From an uncultured Gemmatimonadaceae bacterium (GTDB taxonomy: Bacteria > Gemmatimonadota > Gemmatimonadetes > Gemmatimonadales > Gemmatimonadaceae): a stretch of 64,000 nucleotides of DNA. Of this stretch, positions 8,918 to 19,961 are shown in pieces. Both the position numbers and the translations under genes were made by a program. Positions within the stretch are counted from its first letter, which is position 1; each line of letters begins with the position of its first letter. The notes under the pieces were generated by a model. It searched no databases and had not been told where the DNA came from. It worked only from the letters and a program-made list of their open reading frames with translations. The stretch spans positions 1,248,001 to 1,312,000 of the forward strand of contig CAWJMB010000002.1 of assembly GCA_963843845.1 (NCBI GenBank). The letters run 5' to 3'.

Positions 8918-8994
8918 GGAGGGGCGTGGGTGGGACGCGCTTGCGTGCAGACTCGTCCTGGGCCTGATTGGACCGCGAGACCATTCAGCGCCCT

Positions 8995-9750
8995 ATGAAC
9001 TTACGTGAGCAGTCGGTCGCCATCACCAGCGCATTCCAGCGGCGGATCGTTCCCGAACTGCGGTACTCGCAGACGCAGTACGAGGAGCGGTTGCGCGAGT
9101 ACGCGGCCGACGTGGGCCGCTGGCTCGATGTCGGGTGTGGTCACCAGCTTCTGCCCTCCTGGCGCGCCGAGGCCGAAGCCGAGCTCCTCGGCACGATCGA
9201 CCACATCGTCGGCATCGACTACGAGTTCGATGCGCTGCGGCGCCACCCGAACATTCGCGACGTCTGTCGCGCCGACGTCGGGTCGCTCCCGTTCGCCGAC
9301 GCGAGCTTCGACCTGATCACGGCGAACATGGTCGTGGAGCATCTCGCCGCCCCGGGCGCGCAGTTCCTCGAAATCGCGCGCGTGCTCCGGCCGGGTGGAG
9401 TCTTCCTCTTCCACACGCCGAACGCGCGCTCCTACCCGGTGCAGGTCGCCCGGCTGCTGCCTGACGCCGTGAAGCGCATGCTCGCACGGGTACTGGAGAA
9501 CCGGGCATCCGACGACGTGTTCCCCACGTACTACCGAGCGAACACCGAGCAGGCGATTCGTCGGACGGCCGCGGATGCCGGGCTCGCCGTGGACGCCCTG
9601 CACTTCATCGCGACGACGCCGGTCCTGGGCGTCGTGCCCCCGCTGGCGCTCGCCGAGCTCGTTATCCTTCGCCAACTCGTTCGCACGCCGGCCCTCGCGC
9701 CATACCGGCAGACACTGATCTGCGCGCTCCGCCGGCCCGCTGTGGTGTAG
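8995..9750 (+). CDS. class I SAM-dependent methyltransferase
   Basis: WLDVGCG, LPFADASFDLI, VVEHL, RVLRPGG, TPN. Confidence 0.88.
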   Translation: MNLREQSVAITSAFQRRIVPELRYSQTQYEERLREYAADVGRWLDVGCGHQLLPSWRAEAEAELLGTIDHIVGIDYEFDALRRHPNIRDVCRADVGSLPFADASFDLITANMVVEHLAAPGAQFLEIARVLRPGGVFLFHTPNARSYPVQVARLLPDAVKRMLARVLENRASDDVFPTYYRANTEQAIRRTAADAGLAVDALHFIATTPVLGVVPPLALAELVILRQLVRTPALAPYRQTLICALRRPAVV

Positions 9751-9896
9751 CACGGCTGCACACATCGACCGAGCTGGGGTAAATGTTTCTTTGCAGGGCG
9801 AAGCTCGACGATGTCACGGATGGGCTCGAACAGTATGTTTGCTCGGAATCGAGGTGATCGCGGTCACCAGCGACATAGACATTTGCGTGTGCAGGT

Positions 9897-11831
9897 ATGT
9901 GCGGTCTGGCCGGTCTGATTCACCTGGATGGAACCACGTGCGCACCCGAGCCGCTCGGTCGGATGGCGCGGGTGCTGACGCACCGCGGACCCGATGACGA
10001 GGGGTTCCACGTAGACGGATCGGTCGGTTTCGCCTTCCGCCGGCTCGCCATCATCGACCTGTCGTCGTGCGGCCACCAGCCGATGCAGTACGGCGACGGC
10101 CGGTACACCATCGTGTACAACGGCGAGATCTACAATTACCTCGAGCTGCGCGAGCAGCTCCTCGCGCGCGGGCATCGCTTCCGCTCCCGGTCGGACACGG
10201 AAGTGCTGCTCGCCGCCTACGCCGAGTGGGGGGCGGAGTGTCTCTCGCGGCTGAACGGGATGTGGGCATTCCTCATCTACGACCGCGTGCGGCGCGTCGT
10301 GTTCGGCTCGCGCGACCGGTTCGGCATCAAGCCGCTCTACCGCTCGCGCTCGGACGGTCGGATGCTCATCGCCTCCGAGATCAAGGCGATCCGGGCGGCT
10401 CAGGAGACCCCCGCGGCGCCGAACCTGGCGCTCGTTCGGGAACTGCTCGTGTCGGGGCGGATGGAGCGCGTGCTCCCCGGAGGGAGAACGTTCTTCGAGG
10501 GAATCGAAGAGGTCCCCGCCGGCTCCGGCTTCGAGCTCGGGCTCGACGGATCCATGCGAGAGTGGACGTTCTGGACGCCGAGCATGCGGGCCGGAGCGGA
10601 TCCGATCGCGCCCGGCGAGCTGTTCGACGTGCTCGACGCGGCGATCGACCGCCATCTGCGCGCGGATGTCCGTGTCGGCGTGAGCCTCTCCGGCGGGCTC
10701 GACTCGACGATCGTCGCCTCTCTGCTCGCTCGCCACCGTCGCGACGGCGCTGAGCCGATCCGCGCGTTCTCCTACATCACGGCCGCGTTCGACGAAGGTC
10801 AGTTCGTCGCGGACGTCGTCGAGCGGATCGGCGCGACGCTGCACACGCACGACACGGGCGGCCGCGTCGCGCTCGCGCTGCTTCCTCGCGTGCTCTGGCA
10901 CAACGACGAGCCCGTGCACTCGCTGAACTCGTCGATCGGTCTCGAGATCTACGGCGCGGCAGCGAGCAACGACGTGAAGGTCATGATGTCCGGCCAGGGC
11001 GCCGACGAGCTCCTGGGTGGCTATCCGAGCGGGTTCCCCGTGCTCTGGGCGTCGCTCGTCCGCCGAGGCCGCGTCGCCGAGGCACGGCGACAGATCGAGG
11101 GCTACGTCGCCGTCCACGGGGGGGACGTTCGTGCGCTCCTGCGGCACGCGGTCATCTCGGCGGTGGCAGGGGTCGTCAATGCGACGCCGGGGCTGCGAAC
11201 GGTCGCGAGCCGTCGTCGTGCGCGTCGTGCGGTGCCGCAGTCCACATTCTGCGCGCCGGACTTTCTCGCCGCAGGCGGGAGCGAGCGCGTGAGAGAGCAC
11301 CACGTCGGGTCGCTGGCGGACAAGCTGGAGTTCGAGATCGCCTTGACGCCGCTGCCGCTCTACCTGCGGGTCGAGGATCGGGTCTCCATGGCGAACTCGG
11401 TCGAATCGCGAGTGCCATTCCTGGACGCCGACATCGCGGCGCTGGCGCAGCGCTTCCCCGATGCGGCGCGCATGGACGGCGCGTGGAACAAGGCGCTGCT
11501 CCGCGAGGCCGCCCGCGGCCTGCTGCCGGAGAGCGTGCGCACGCGCCCGGTGAAGTTCGGGTTTCCGGTGCCGGTGGGCGAGTGGATCCGCACCGTGCTT
11601 CGAGACGAGTTCCGCGACGTGATCGAGAGCGATGCGCTTCGCCAGCGCGGGATCTACGACGTCGCGCGCGTCCGCGACACGTTTCAGCGCCACCTCCGCG
11701 GCGAGGTCGACGCTGCCGACGATCTGTTCAACGTCTACCAGCTCGAGTGCTGGTTTCAGCACGTCGTCGGCGCGGACTACGACTCGGCGCCGCAGTATTC
11801 GGGCGACGCCGTGGCGGCGGCCGTCAGCTGA
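9897..11831 (+). CDS. asnB: asparagine synthase (glutamine-hydrolysing) family amidotransferase, copy 2
   Basis: [66 protein letters not shown]. Confidence 0.93.
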   Translation: MCGLAGLIHLDGTTCAPEPLGRMARVLTHRGPDDEGFHVDGSVGFAFRRLAIIDLSSCGHQPMQYGDGRYTIVYNGEIYNYLELREQLLARGHRFRSRSDTEVLLAAYAEWGAECLSRLNGMWAFLIYDRVRRVVFGSRDRFGIKPLYRSRSDGRMLIASEIKAIRAAQETPAAPNLALVRELLVSGRMERVLPGGRTFFEGIEEVPAGSGFELGLDGSMREWTFWTPSMRAGADPIAPGELFDVLDAAIDRHLRADVRVGVSLSGGLDSTIVASLLARHRRDGAEPIRAFSYITAAFDEGQFVADVVERIGATLHTHDTGGRVALALLPRVLWHNDEPVHSLNSSIGLEIYGAAASNDVKVMMSGQGADELLGGYPSGFPVLWASLVRRGRVAEARRQIEGYVAVHGGDVRALLRHAVISAVAGVVNATPGLRTVASRRRARRAVPQSTFCAPDFLAAGGSERVREHHVGSLADKLEFEIALTPLPLYLRVEDRVSMANSVESRVPFLDADIAALAQRFPDAARMDGAWNKALLREAARGLLPESVRTRPVKFGFPVPVGEWIRTVLRDEFRDVIESDALRQRGIYDVARVRDTFQRHLRGEVDAADDLFNVYQLECWFQHVVGADYDSAPQYSGDAVAAAVS

Positions 11832-13121
11832 CCCGGCTCGTCTTCCGCCTCAGGAAGTCCATCAGGATGAACTGGCCCAGCGTCATCGTGTTCGTGAAGT
11901 ACGCCTTGCCGCGGCTGATCTCGCTCATCCGCTTCACGAACTCCACGAGCGCGCGGTCGCGCGCGAGCATGAACGTGTTGATCATGATGCCCGCGCGGCG
12001 GCAGTCGGCGACCTCGCGCAGCGTCTGCTCGATGACCGTGCGCGTCGAGCCCCATCGAGTTCTTGTAGATCTGCCCGTTCGGCATCGTCAGCGCGCTCGG
12101 CTTGCCGTCGGTGATCATGATGATCTGGCGCATGTCCTTCTTCTGCGCCAGCAGGATGCGGCGCGCGAGCTTGAGCCCCTCGGCCGTGTTCGTGTGATAC
12201 GGGCCGACCTGCGCGCTCGGCGAGCGTCGCGAGCGGAATCTCCTCGGCCGAGTCGTGGAAGAGCACGACGTGGATCGTGTCGCCGGGGAACTGCGTGCGG
12301 ATGAGGTGCGTGAGCGCGAGCGCGACCTTCTTCGCCGGCGTGAAGCGGTCCTCGCCGTAGAGGATCATCGAGTGCGAGCAGTCGAGCATCAGCACCGTCG
12401 CGCAGCTCGACCGATACTCCGCCTGCCGCACCATGAGGTCGGGGTAGTCGAGGTCCATCGGCACCTCGAGCGTGCCGGTGCGGGCGAGCGCGTTCTTGAG
12501 CGTCTCGTTGACGTCGAGGTTCAGCACGTCGCCGAACTCGTACGGCTTGCTCGACGCCGTCGGCCTCGATGCCCGGTGGCGAGGTACGGCGTGTCGTGGC
12601 TGCCGAAGCTCGACTTGCCGAGCGAGCCGAGGAGGTTGCGCAGCGTCTTGTAGCCGAGGAAGTCGATGCCCTTGTCGGTGAGGTTGAACTGCACGTCCTT
12701 GCGCGGCTGCCTGCGCGAGCGAGCCCTTGCCCGTCGACCGGCTGGTGGCCGGCCGGCATCTGCGGCGGCGTCGTCGAGCGTTGAGGTAGCCCTTCGTCGA
12801 TGAGCCGCTGCACGAGCTCGTCGAGCAGCTTGGCGAGCTTCTGCCTGCGACGTCCTCGTCGCCGTCGCCGCGCAGCGCCTCGAGCATCTCGGGCGTGAAC
12901 TGCCCGCTCTCCATGAGCGCCTCGAGGATCGCCTGCTCGCAGCGCGTCGAGCGACCGGTCGCCTCGGCTCGCCGAGTCTCATGCCCCAGTACGGGTGGTC
13001 GCTCGGCCCGCCGGCGAACCCGGACTGCGAGCAGGAAGTCGGCGAGCTTGTCGAGCAGCGACTGCAGGTCGACCGCGTCGGCGAGCTCGGGGCTGAACTT
13101 CGTGTACGTGTGGAAGCGCAT
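11824..13121 (-). CDS. VWA domain-containing protein (several frameshifts, probably sequencing errors)
   Basis: MRFHTYTKF start; [30 protein letters not shown] (MIDAS DxSxS); [13 protein letters not shown]-terminus [16 protein letters not shown] reconstructed across frames. Confidence 0.8.
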
Positions 13122-13264
13122 GACGGTCCTCGCTGACGGCGTCGACCACGCTGCGGGCGTAGCGCTGTCGATACAGCGCGGTCGATGCAGCGGGCACCGT
13201 TCTTCGAACGGTGCGGTGATACACTTCCAGCGCGCAAGTGGCGCCGCTCGTTCTCGAAGGCTTC

Positions 13265-14579
13265 GTGAATCCGTTCCGCGTCCGCTCGTCAGGCACCGCA
13301 ACTTCCGCATCTTCTGGTTCGGCCAGACGCTGTCGCTCGTCGGGACGTGGATGCAGGCGATGGCCGAGGGGTGGCTCGCGCTGGAGCTGACGGACAGCGC
13401 CTTTCTCGTCGGCCTCGTCGCGGCGGCGGCGTCGCTGCCGGTGCTGCTGTTCACGGTACTCGCCGGCGTCTACGTCGACCGCGCGGACCGGCTGCGCGTG
13501 GTCACGGCGATGCAGGCGCTCATGCTCTGCCAGGCGATCGCGCTCTGGCTCATGACGCTCACCGGACACCTCACCATCGGGTGGCTCGTGGCGCTCGCGT
13601 TCGTCGGCGGGACGTTCGCGGCGTTCGAGATCCCGGCGCGCCAGTCGCTGTTCGTCGACCTCGTCGGGCGCGACGACCTCGCCGCGCGATCGCGCTCAAC
13701 TCGAGCGGCTTCAACCTCGCGCGCATCATCGGGCCGGCGATCGGCGCGGCGCTCATCGCGGCGTTCGGGATCGCCTGGTGCTTCGCGGTGAACGCGGGGA
13801 GCTATCTCGCGGTGCTCGTCGGGCTGTTCCGGATTCGGCTTCCCGCGAGGACGCCGCGCGGCCCGCACGGCTCTCCGTTCACGGCGCTGCGCGAAGGAAT
13901 CGCGTACATCTGGCGCACCGACGACCTGCGGCGACTCATCGGCGTGGTGGTCGTGTTCGCGGTGTTCGGTGTACCGTACCTCACCCTCATGCCGGTCGTC
14001 GCGCGCGACGTGCTGGGACTCGGCGCCGGCGGTTACGGTGTGCTCCTCGCGGCGGTGGGCGTCGGGGGGTTCGCCGGGGCGCTGTTCGTCGCCGGCGTCG
14101 GGACGCGCGTCTCCCACCGGCGGCTGCTCGTCGCGTCGTCGTTCGCCTACGCACTGCTGCTGATCGCGTTCGCGTTCGTGCGCTCGGCATCGCTCGCGCG
14201 CGTCGTGCTGCTCGCCGTCGGGTTCGCGATGGTCGCGAACGGCGCGATGTCGAACGCGATGCTGCAGGCGCGCGTCGACGACGCGTTCCGGGGGCGCGTG
14301 ATGTCGGTCTACGCGTTCGCCGTCGTCGGCCTCGCGCAGGTCGTCGGCTCGTTCCTCGGCGGCGCGGTCGCCCGCCTCGCCGGGCCCGACTGGGCGATCG
14401 GCGGCGGCGCGGTGGTCATGCTGCTCTACGGCGCCTGGGCGTACAGCACCGGCGCGGGGACGCTCGCGTCGAGGGTCGCGCGCACGCGGGCACAGAGCCG
14501 GTCCGGCGTGAAGGGCTTGCCTAACAGCGCGACCGCGTCGGCCGAGACGCCGCGCAGCAACACTTCGTCGTCGGTGTAG
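13265..14579 (+). CDS. MFS transporter (frameshift near 13685; start approximate)
   Basis: [22 protein letters not shown]...EIPARQS, continuing as [20 protein letters not shown]...FRGRVMSVY; many hydrophobic helices. Confidence 0.85.
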
Positions 14580-17224
14580 CCGGACATGAACAGCACGCGC
14601 AGCGCTGGCGACTCGCGCGTCAGCGCCTCGGCGAGCTCGCGGCCGTTCATGCCGGGCATGACGACGTCCGTCAGCAGCAGATCGATCTCGCCGGCGCGCG
14701 CGCGCGCGAGCTCGAGCGCGCTCGGGCCGTCCACGGCGGCCAGCACGCGATAGCCTCGGCGCGACAACGCCTCGCACGCGATCGCGCGGACGGCGTCTTC
14801 GTCCTCGACGAGCAGCACCGTCTCGCTCCCGCCGGGCACTGGGAGCGCGAGCGGCGCCAGCTCGTCCGACCGCGCTTCGGCGGCGGCGTCGACGCGCGGG
14901 AGATAGATCACGAACCGACTCCCCGCACTCGGCGCGCTCCACACGCGCACCGCGCCGCCCCCCTGCTGCACGATCCCGTACACGGTGGCGAGGCCGAGAC
15001 CGGTCCCGTGCGTGCGATCCTTCGTCGTGAAGAACGGCTCGAAGATGCGTGCCTGCGTGTCGGCGTCCATTCCGATGCCGGTGTCGCGCACCTCCAGCAC
15101 CGTCCAGCGGCCCGGTGCGATGCCGGGGTGCTGCGGGTCCTCGACGTCGACGTACACGTCGCGCGCCGTGATCGTCAGCGTGCCGCCGTCGGGCATCGCG
15201 TCGCGCGCGTTCAGTGCCAGGTTCATCACGACCTGCTCGATCTGTCCCGGATCGGCGAGCACGGTCCCCAACGACGCGGGAAGGACACTCTCGAGCCGGA
15301 TGTGCTCGCCGATCATGCGCCCGAGCATCGGATGCATCCCCTCGACGACGGTCCGCACGTCGAGGGCGATCGGCTGCACGACGCGCCCACGGCTGAAACC
15401 GAGGATTCGGCTCGTGAGCCCGGCGGCGCGCTGCGACGCTTCGCGAATCGCGGCGAAGTCCTCGCGCGTCTCCGCCGGCAGCGCGTCGTCGCTGAGCGCG
15501 AGGTCGCAGTAGCCGAGGATGCCGGTGAGCAGGTTGTTGAAGTCGTGCGCGATACCGCCGGCGAACCGGCCCAACGCTTCCATCTTCTGCGCGCGGCGCA
15601 GCTGGTCCTGGGACTCTTGCAGGGCGTGCTCGGCGCGCCGGCGCGCGGTCACGTCGAGCGCGGCGGAGAGGCGCGTCGGGCGCCCCTCGACGTCCGTGAG
15701 CACGGTGAACACTTCGACATCGATGATCGATCCGGCGCGGTCGACGTGTCGCCAGGCACCAGCGTGCGCGCGTTCGTGCACGCGCTGCGCCTTCGCGAGC
15801 GCGCGGGCGACGGCGAGAAAGCGCACGCGGTCCTCGGCGCGATGCAAGTCCACGAGCGACAACTGGAGGAATTCGTCGCGGGTGTAGCCGTACTGCTCGC
15901 ACGCCGCCTCGTTCACGGCGAGGACGCGGTGCGTCTCGAGGTCGGCGAGGTAGAGCGGGACCGGACAGACGTCGAACAGCAGGCGGTAGCGCTGCTCGGT
16001 GCGATGCAGCGCCGCGGTGCGAGCCGCGATCGTGCCCGCCATGTCGTTGAAGGCCGTGGCGAGCGAGGCGATCTCGCTGGGCACGTCGGTGCGCGTGCGG
16101 CGCTCGTAGTCGCCGGAGGCGATCGCCTTCGCATCGGCAGCGAGCGCGTCGATCGGCCGGATGATGCGTCGGCCGAGGGTGATCGTGACGCCGACCGCGA
16201 TGCTGAGCGCCGCGATGACGAGGAGCAGGTCGCGACGGAACTCCGCGTTCATCTCGGCGAGCGCGGCAGGGCGTGGCGTGCTGACGAAGACGCGCCACCC
16301 CGCGGCAGCGACCGGCGCGTACGCGCCGATGCGCTCGCTCCCGTCAGGAGCGATGTACTCCGCGTAGGCTTCCGGGCGCGTCACCGCGGCGCGCAGGGCG
16401 GGCGTCATCACGTTCCGTCCGGTGAGCGCGTCGACGCGCGGCACGCGCGCGAGCACGGCGCCGCTCGAATCGAGTGCCGTGACCGACGTGCCCGGCGGCA
16501 GCGAGTCGATGTGCAGCGTCGGCTCCAGCGACGAGAGGTGCAGCGTGCCCAACACCGCGCCGCGCACCGCACCCGTCGCGTCGAGCACCGGGTGCGCGAA
16601 CGTGACCGACCACTCCGACGGATCGGGGCGCGCGACGACGGGATCGCCGACGACCGGGTGTCTCGTGCGCAGCAATTCGGCGAGGTACGGCTGGTCGCCG
16701 GCGCCGACCGTCGCGCGATCGGGGACGGGGCGGAACGAGGTGCCGATGTTGTTCCCGGCCGCGTCGGTGACCCACAAGTTCGTCACGACCGACTCGGGAA
16801 GCGCGCGACGCACGCTCAGCAACAGCGTGTCGTTCGACGCCGCGCCGGCTGCGTCGGTGCGCACCGTCTGCGCGAGCGACGCGGTCAGCAGCCGCACGTT
16901 GCGCGCACGCGTGTCGACGCGGGCGGCGAGCGTGCGCGAGGCCTCGAGCGCGCGGCGCCCAGCGGCGTCGCGCGCCGCGGCCGCCCGCTCGTTGATGCGG
17001 AGCACCGTTCCCATCACGAGCGGCGCGAGCGCCGCGAGCACGAGCACGACGAGCCACGCCCACAGCCCCACGGGGTCGGGGTGGACGGCGCGGCGGCGCG
17101 CAGGCGGCGCGCCCGGCGTCGCCTGCGGCGTGGGCACGGCGCCGCGGGGAGAGTCGAGGCTCACGAACGGTTGTTCGGGGGGTCGGGGCGCGAGCAGGGC
17201 GGGAACGACGGGATGAGCCGGCAC
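14426..17224 (-). CDS. hybrid sensor histidine kinase/response regulator (TM-Cache-like-TM-HAMP-PAS-HisKA-HATPase-REC)
   Basis: AGGIAHDFNNLL, NLALNARDAMPDGG, DTGIGM, IFEPFFTTK, GTGLGLATV, LLVEDE, LTDVVMPGMNG, KPF. Confidence 0.93.
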   Translation of the reverse strand: MPAHPVVPALLAPRPPEQPFVSLDSPRGAVPTPQATPGAPPARRRAVHPDPVGLWAWLVVLVLAALAPLVMGTVLRINERAAAARDAAGRRALEASRTLAARVDTRARNVRLLTASLAQTVRTDAAGAASNDTLLLSVRRALPESVVTNLWVTDAAGNNIGTSFRPVPDRATVGAGDQPYLAELLRTRHPVVGDPVVARPDPSEWSVTFAHPVLDATGAVRGAVLGTLHLSSLEPTLHIDSLPPGTSVTALDSSGAVLARVPRVDALTGRNVMTPALRAAVTRPEAYAEYIAPDGSERIGAYAPVAAAGWRVFVSTPRPAALAEMNAEFRRDLLLVIAALSIAVGVTITLGRRIIRPIDALAADAKAIASGDYERRTRTDVPSEIASLATAFNDMAGTIAARTAALHRTEQRYRLLFDVCPVPLYLADLETHRVLAVNEAACEQYGYTRDEFLQLSLVDLHRAEDRVRFLAVARALAKAQRVHERAHAGAWRHVDRAGSIIDVEVFTVLTDVEGRPTRLSAALDVTARRRAEHALQESQDQLRRAQKMEALGRFAGGIAHDFNNLLTGILGYCDLALSDDALPAETREDFAAIREASQRAAGLTSRILGFSRGRVVQPIALDVRTVVEGMHPMLGRMIGEHIRLESVLPASLGTVLADPGQIEQVVMNLALNARDAMPDGGTLTITARDVYVDVEDPQHPGIAPGRWTVLEVRDTGIGMDADTQARIFEPFFTTKDRTHGTGLGLATVYGIVQQGGGAVRVWSAPSAGSRFVIYLPRVDAAAEARSDELAPLALPVPGGSETVLLVEDEDAVRAIACEALSRRGYRVLAAVDGPSALELARARAGEIDLLLTDVVMPGMNGRELAEALTRESPALRVLFMSGYTDDEVLLRGVSADAVALLGKPFTPDRLCARVRATLDASVPAPVLYAQAP

Positions 17225-17355
17225 CTCCGTGTGATAGTGAGACGGAGCAGCGTGCTTCGAGCAACGGCGTCCGACTCATGAATGGTGAGCGACGTCACCT
17301 CGGCCCGCGACGCGCCGGCGTTCCGAGGTCGCGACGGATCAGCCCGGTGCCCCAG

Positions 17356-17943
17356 TCAGCCTGGCGCGCCGAGCCGCAACGTGTGGAGGTGCTCGACGAC
17401 GGTGAAGCCGAAGGCCCGCCACGCGTCGTTCGCCGTTGCGTTGTCGGCGGCCGTGTGCAGTCGGAGCTCGTCGAGGCCGCGATCGCGGCACCACGCGATC
17501 GCGGCCTCGAACAACAGGTGCAGCGTGCCCTGTCGCCGCAGCGCCGGCACCACGTACACCGACGCGACGTAGCCGTAGCGATCGGGGTCGAGGAGCGGCG
17601 CGCCGCGTCCCTCCATGCAGCGCAGAATGCCGACGACCTCCGGTGCTCGCGTCGGCACCTCACGCTCCGCGAGGAACGTCACCTCCACCGCAGATGCCAG
17701 CTGCGCAGCGAAGAGCCGCCGCGCTCGCTGCGGGGCGTCGGCACGCAGGCGGCCGTAGAGCGGGCTCGCGCGGTGCTCGTGGAGCAGCGCCAGGCGAAGC
17801 GCGAGTACCGTGTCGAGGTCGTCGGGGGCGGCGACACGGATGGAAGTACCCGGACGCGGGTCGCGGGACGCCGGGGTCGGAGAACGACCCGCGCGCCCCC
17901 CGGACCCGTGTCCCGCGTCCCGGCCGTGCTCGCGCTCACTCAC
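17356..17943 (-). CDS. GNAT family N-acetyltransferase
   Basis: GYVASVYVVPALRRQG, LRLHTAADNATANDAWRAFGF. Confidence 0.8.
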   Translation of the reverse strand: MSEREHGRDAGHGSGGRAGRSPTPASRDPRPGTSIRVAAPDDLDTVLALRLALLHEHRASPLYGRLRADAPQRARRLFAAQLASAVEVTFLAEREVPTRAPEVVGILRCMEGRGAPLLDPDRYGYVASVYVVPALRRQGTLHLLFEAAIAWCRDRGLDELRLHTAADNATANDAWRAFGFTVVEHLHTLRLGAPG

Positions 17944-19421
17944 TCATCCCCCGCCGAACAGCTCCTGCCCTCCGCTCCCACCGCGTCGCCGCGGCTCGGG
18001 CTGCGCGCGGCCATACTGCCCGGCGTCGGAGCGCGAGATCTTGCGGCGCGCGACGAGCGCTTCGAGCGCGAGCTCGCACGCCGCGACGGTGACCGCGTCG
18101 TCGTCCGCCGGCGCGAGGCCGACGTCGTGCACGAGACGCGAGAGGTCGGGCACCGTGCGGAACGCCTGGGCGGCGAGCGATGACGAGAGGTCGTCGTCGA
18201 TCTGCAGTGCGCCCCCTTCGTCGAACCAGATGATGACTTCGTCGAGGTCGACTCCGCCGGCGCGCCCGCGAAACGTCGCGTCTGCAGCGCGGCGGATCAG
18301 CTCGCGCGCGATCGCGTGACCGCCGACCAGCTCTCCCTCGTACTCGAGCTCGATCTTGCCCGTGATCGCCGACTGCGCGGCGTAGATGTCCGACATGCGC
18401 GGCACGATCTCTCGCTCGCCCGTCAGCACCGCGCGCCGCTCGGCGTTCGACACGACGTTCTCGAGCACCGTGATCGGCATGCGCTGCGATACGCCGGAGC
18501 GGCGGTCGATGCGCTTGTCGGTACGCGCCTCGAAGGCGATGCGCTCGATGACCTCGGCGATGAAGTCGGGAACGCGCACCGGGCGCTCCGCGTCCCGCGC
18601 CGTCCACGCCTCCTGCTGCGGTGATCGCCATTCCGAGCTCGACCGTCTTCGGGGTAGTGCGTGATGATCTCGCTGCCGATCCGGTCCTTGAGCGGCGTGA
18701 TGATCTTGCCGCGCGCCGTGTAGTCCTCGGGATTCGCGGTGAAGCAGAGCAGCACGTCGAGCGGGAGGCGGACGGGGTAGCCTTTGATCTGGACGTCGCC
18801 TTCCTGCATGATGTTGAACAGGCCGACCTGCACCTTGCCGGCGAGATCGGGGAGCTCGTTCAGCGCGAAGATGCCGCGGTTGGCGCGGGGCAGCATGCCG
18901 TAGTGAATCGTGAGCTCGTCGGAGAGCACGTGACCGCCGCGCGCCGCCTTGATCGGGTCGACGTCGCCGATGATGTCGGCGACCGTGACGTCCGGCGTCG
19001 CGAGCTTCTCGACGAAGCGGCGTCGCGCGGCACCCACGCGATCGGCGTGTCGTCGCCCGCCTCGTCGAGCAGCGTGCGCGCGTACTTCGAGATCGGCGCG
19101 AACGGATTGTCGTTCACCTCGCTGCCGGCGACGATCGGCATCTCGTCGTCGAGCAGCGTGACGAGCGCGCGCAGGATGCGCGACTTCGCCTGGCCGCGCA
19201 GCCCGAGCAGGATGAAGTTGTGGCGCGAGAGCAGCGCGTTGACGATCTGCGGCATGACCGTGTCCTCGTAGCCGAGGACGCCCTCGAAGAGCGGGCCGCC
19301 GGCGGCGAGGCGGCGCGAGCAGGTTCTGCCGCATCTCGTCCTTCACGGAGCGGCGGGCGCGATCGGCGGCGCCGAACGGCGAGCGGCGCAGTGCGCCGAG
19401 CGTTTCGGGGAGCGACGACAA
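17944..19421 (-). CDS. AAA+ ATPase, Mg-chelatase ChlI/MoxR-like (frameshifted)
   Basis: [13 protein letters not shown] (Walker A-like), [54 protein letters not shown] across three frames. Confidence 0.85.
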
Positions 19422-19570
19422 GACAGTCTCCTATTGCGGATTCGGTGAAACGTAACGGGCGGTGCAGCGAGTGCGGCCGCCGCAGTCGAACCGTCCTCTG
19501 GAAGGGAATGCGCGGAGGGCGAAAGATGTTGCCGCACCGTGAGTTAATGGACACGGTCCGGGATGCGGTC

Positions 19571-19598
19571 TTGACAGGCACTCCAGTCATCGTAGATT
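19571..19598 (+). promoter_or_regulatory. candidate sigma70 promoter for the small lipoprotein gene
   Basis: TTGACA-N16-TAGATT, then RBS AGGAGA at 19663-19668. Confidence 0.55.
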
Positions 19599-19674
19599 GC
19601 CGGCGCATCCGGGCCCTGCGTCGGGCGCGGAGATTTTAGTGCAGTCTCTACCGCCCCCATTTAGGAGATCGTCG

Positions 19675-19884
19675 ATGAAGCGCCTTGCCCTGGTCGCCGC
19701 TGTGTTCGCACTCGCCGCCTGTTCCGCCAAGGAGCAGGTCCCGCCGGCCGACACGACGGCCCCGGTGATGACGCCGGCCCCGTCGACGATGCCGATGGAC
19801 AGCGCCGCGATGAAGATGGATACGGCCGCCATGAAGATGGATACGGCCGCGATGAAGATGGACTCGATGGCGAAGCGCCCGTAA
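19675..19884 (+). CDS. small Met-rich lipoprotein (69 aa)
   Basis: RBS AGGAGA; MKRLALVAAVFALAAC signal with lipobox; tail MPMDS(AAMKMDT)2AAMKMDSMAKRP; terminator follows. Confidence 0.8.
   Translation: MKRLALVAAVFALAACSAKEQVPPADTTAPVMTPAPSTMPMDSAAMKMDTAAMKMDTAAMKMDSMAKRP
19804..19866 (+). repeat. 21-bp coding tandem repeat x3 (GCCGCSATGAAGATGGAYWCG)
   Basis: read directly from sequence. Confidence 0.9.
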
Positions 19885-19902
19885 AGCATTCGCACACGAT
19901 GG

Positions 19903-19941
19903 GAAAGCGGGGCGCGACACTCAGTGTCGCGCCCCGCTTTC
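19903..19941. terminator. intrinsic terminator, probably bidirectional
   Basis: perfect 18-bp inverted repeat GAAAGCGGGGCGCGACAC-TCA-GTGTCGCGCCCCGCTTTC between convergent genes. Confidence 0.85.
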
Positions 19942-19961
19942 GTGTGACCGCTCGCCGGCTG

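Noticed and set aside
9826..9841. CGAAC-AGTAT-GTTTG as a Gram-positive-type LexA box
   Set aside because: The spacer is 5 bp rather than 4, and the downstream gene is not SOS-like
502..11831. AsnB-like genes as lasso peptide cyclases
   Set aside because: Both keep the full glutaminase domain with N-terminal Cys, and no precursor peptide, RRE or B2 protease is nearby
19804..19866. Direct repeats as a mini CRISPR array
   Set aside because: No spacers, the repeats are in-frame coding sequence, and there are no cas genes
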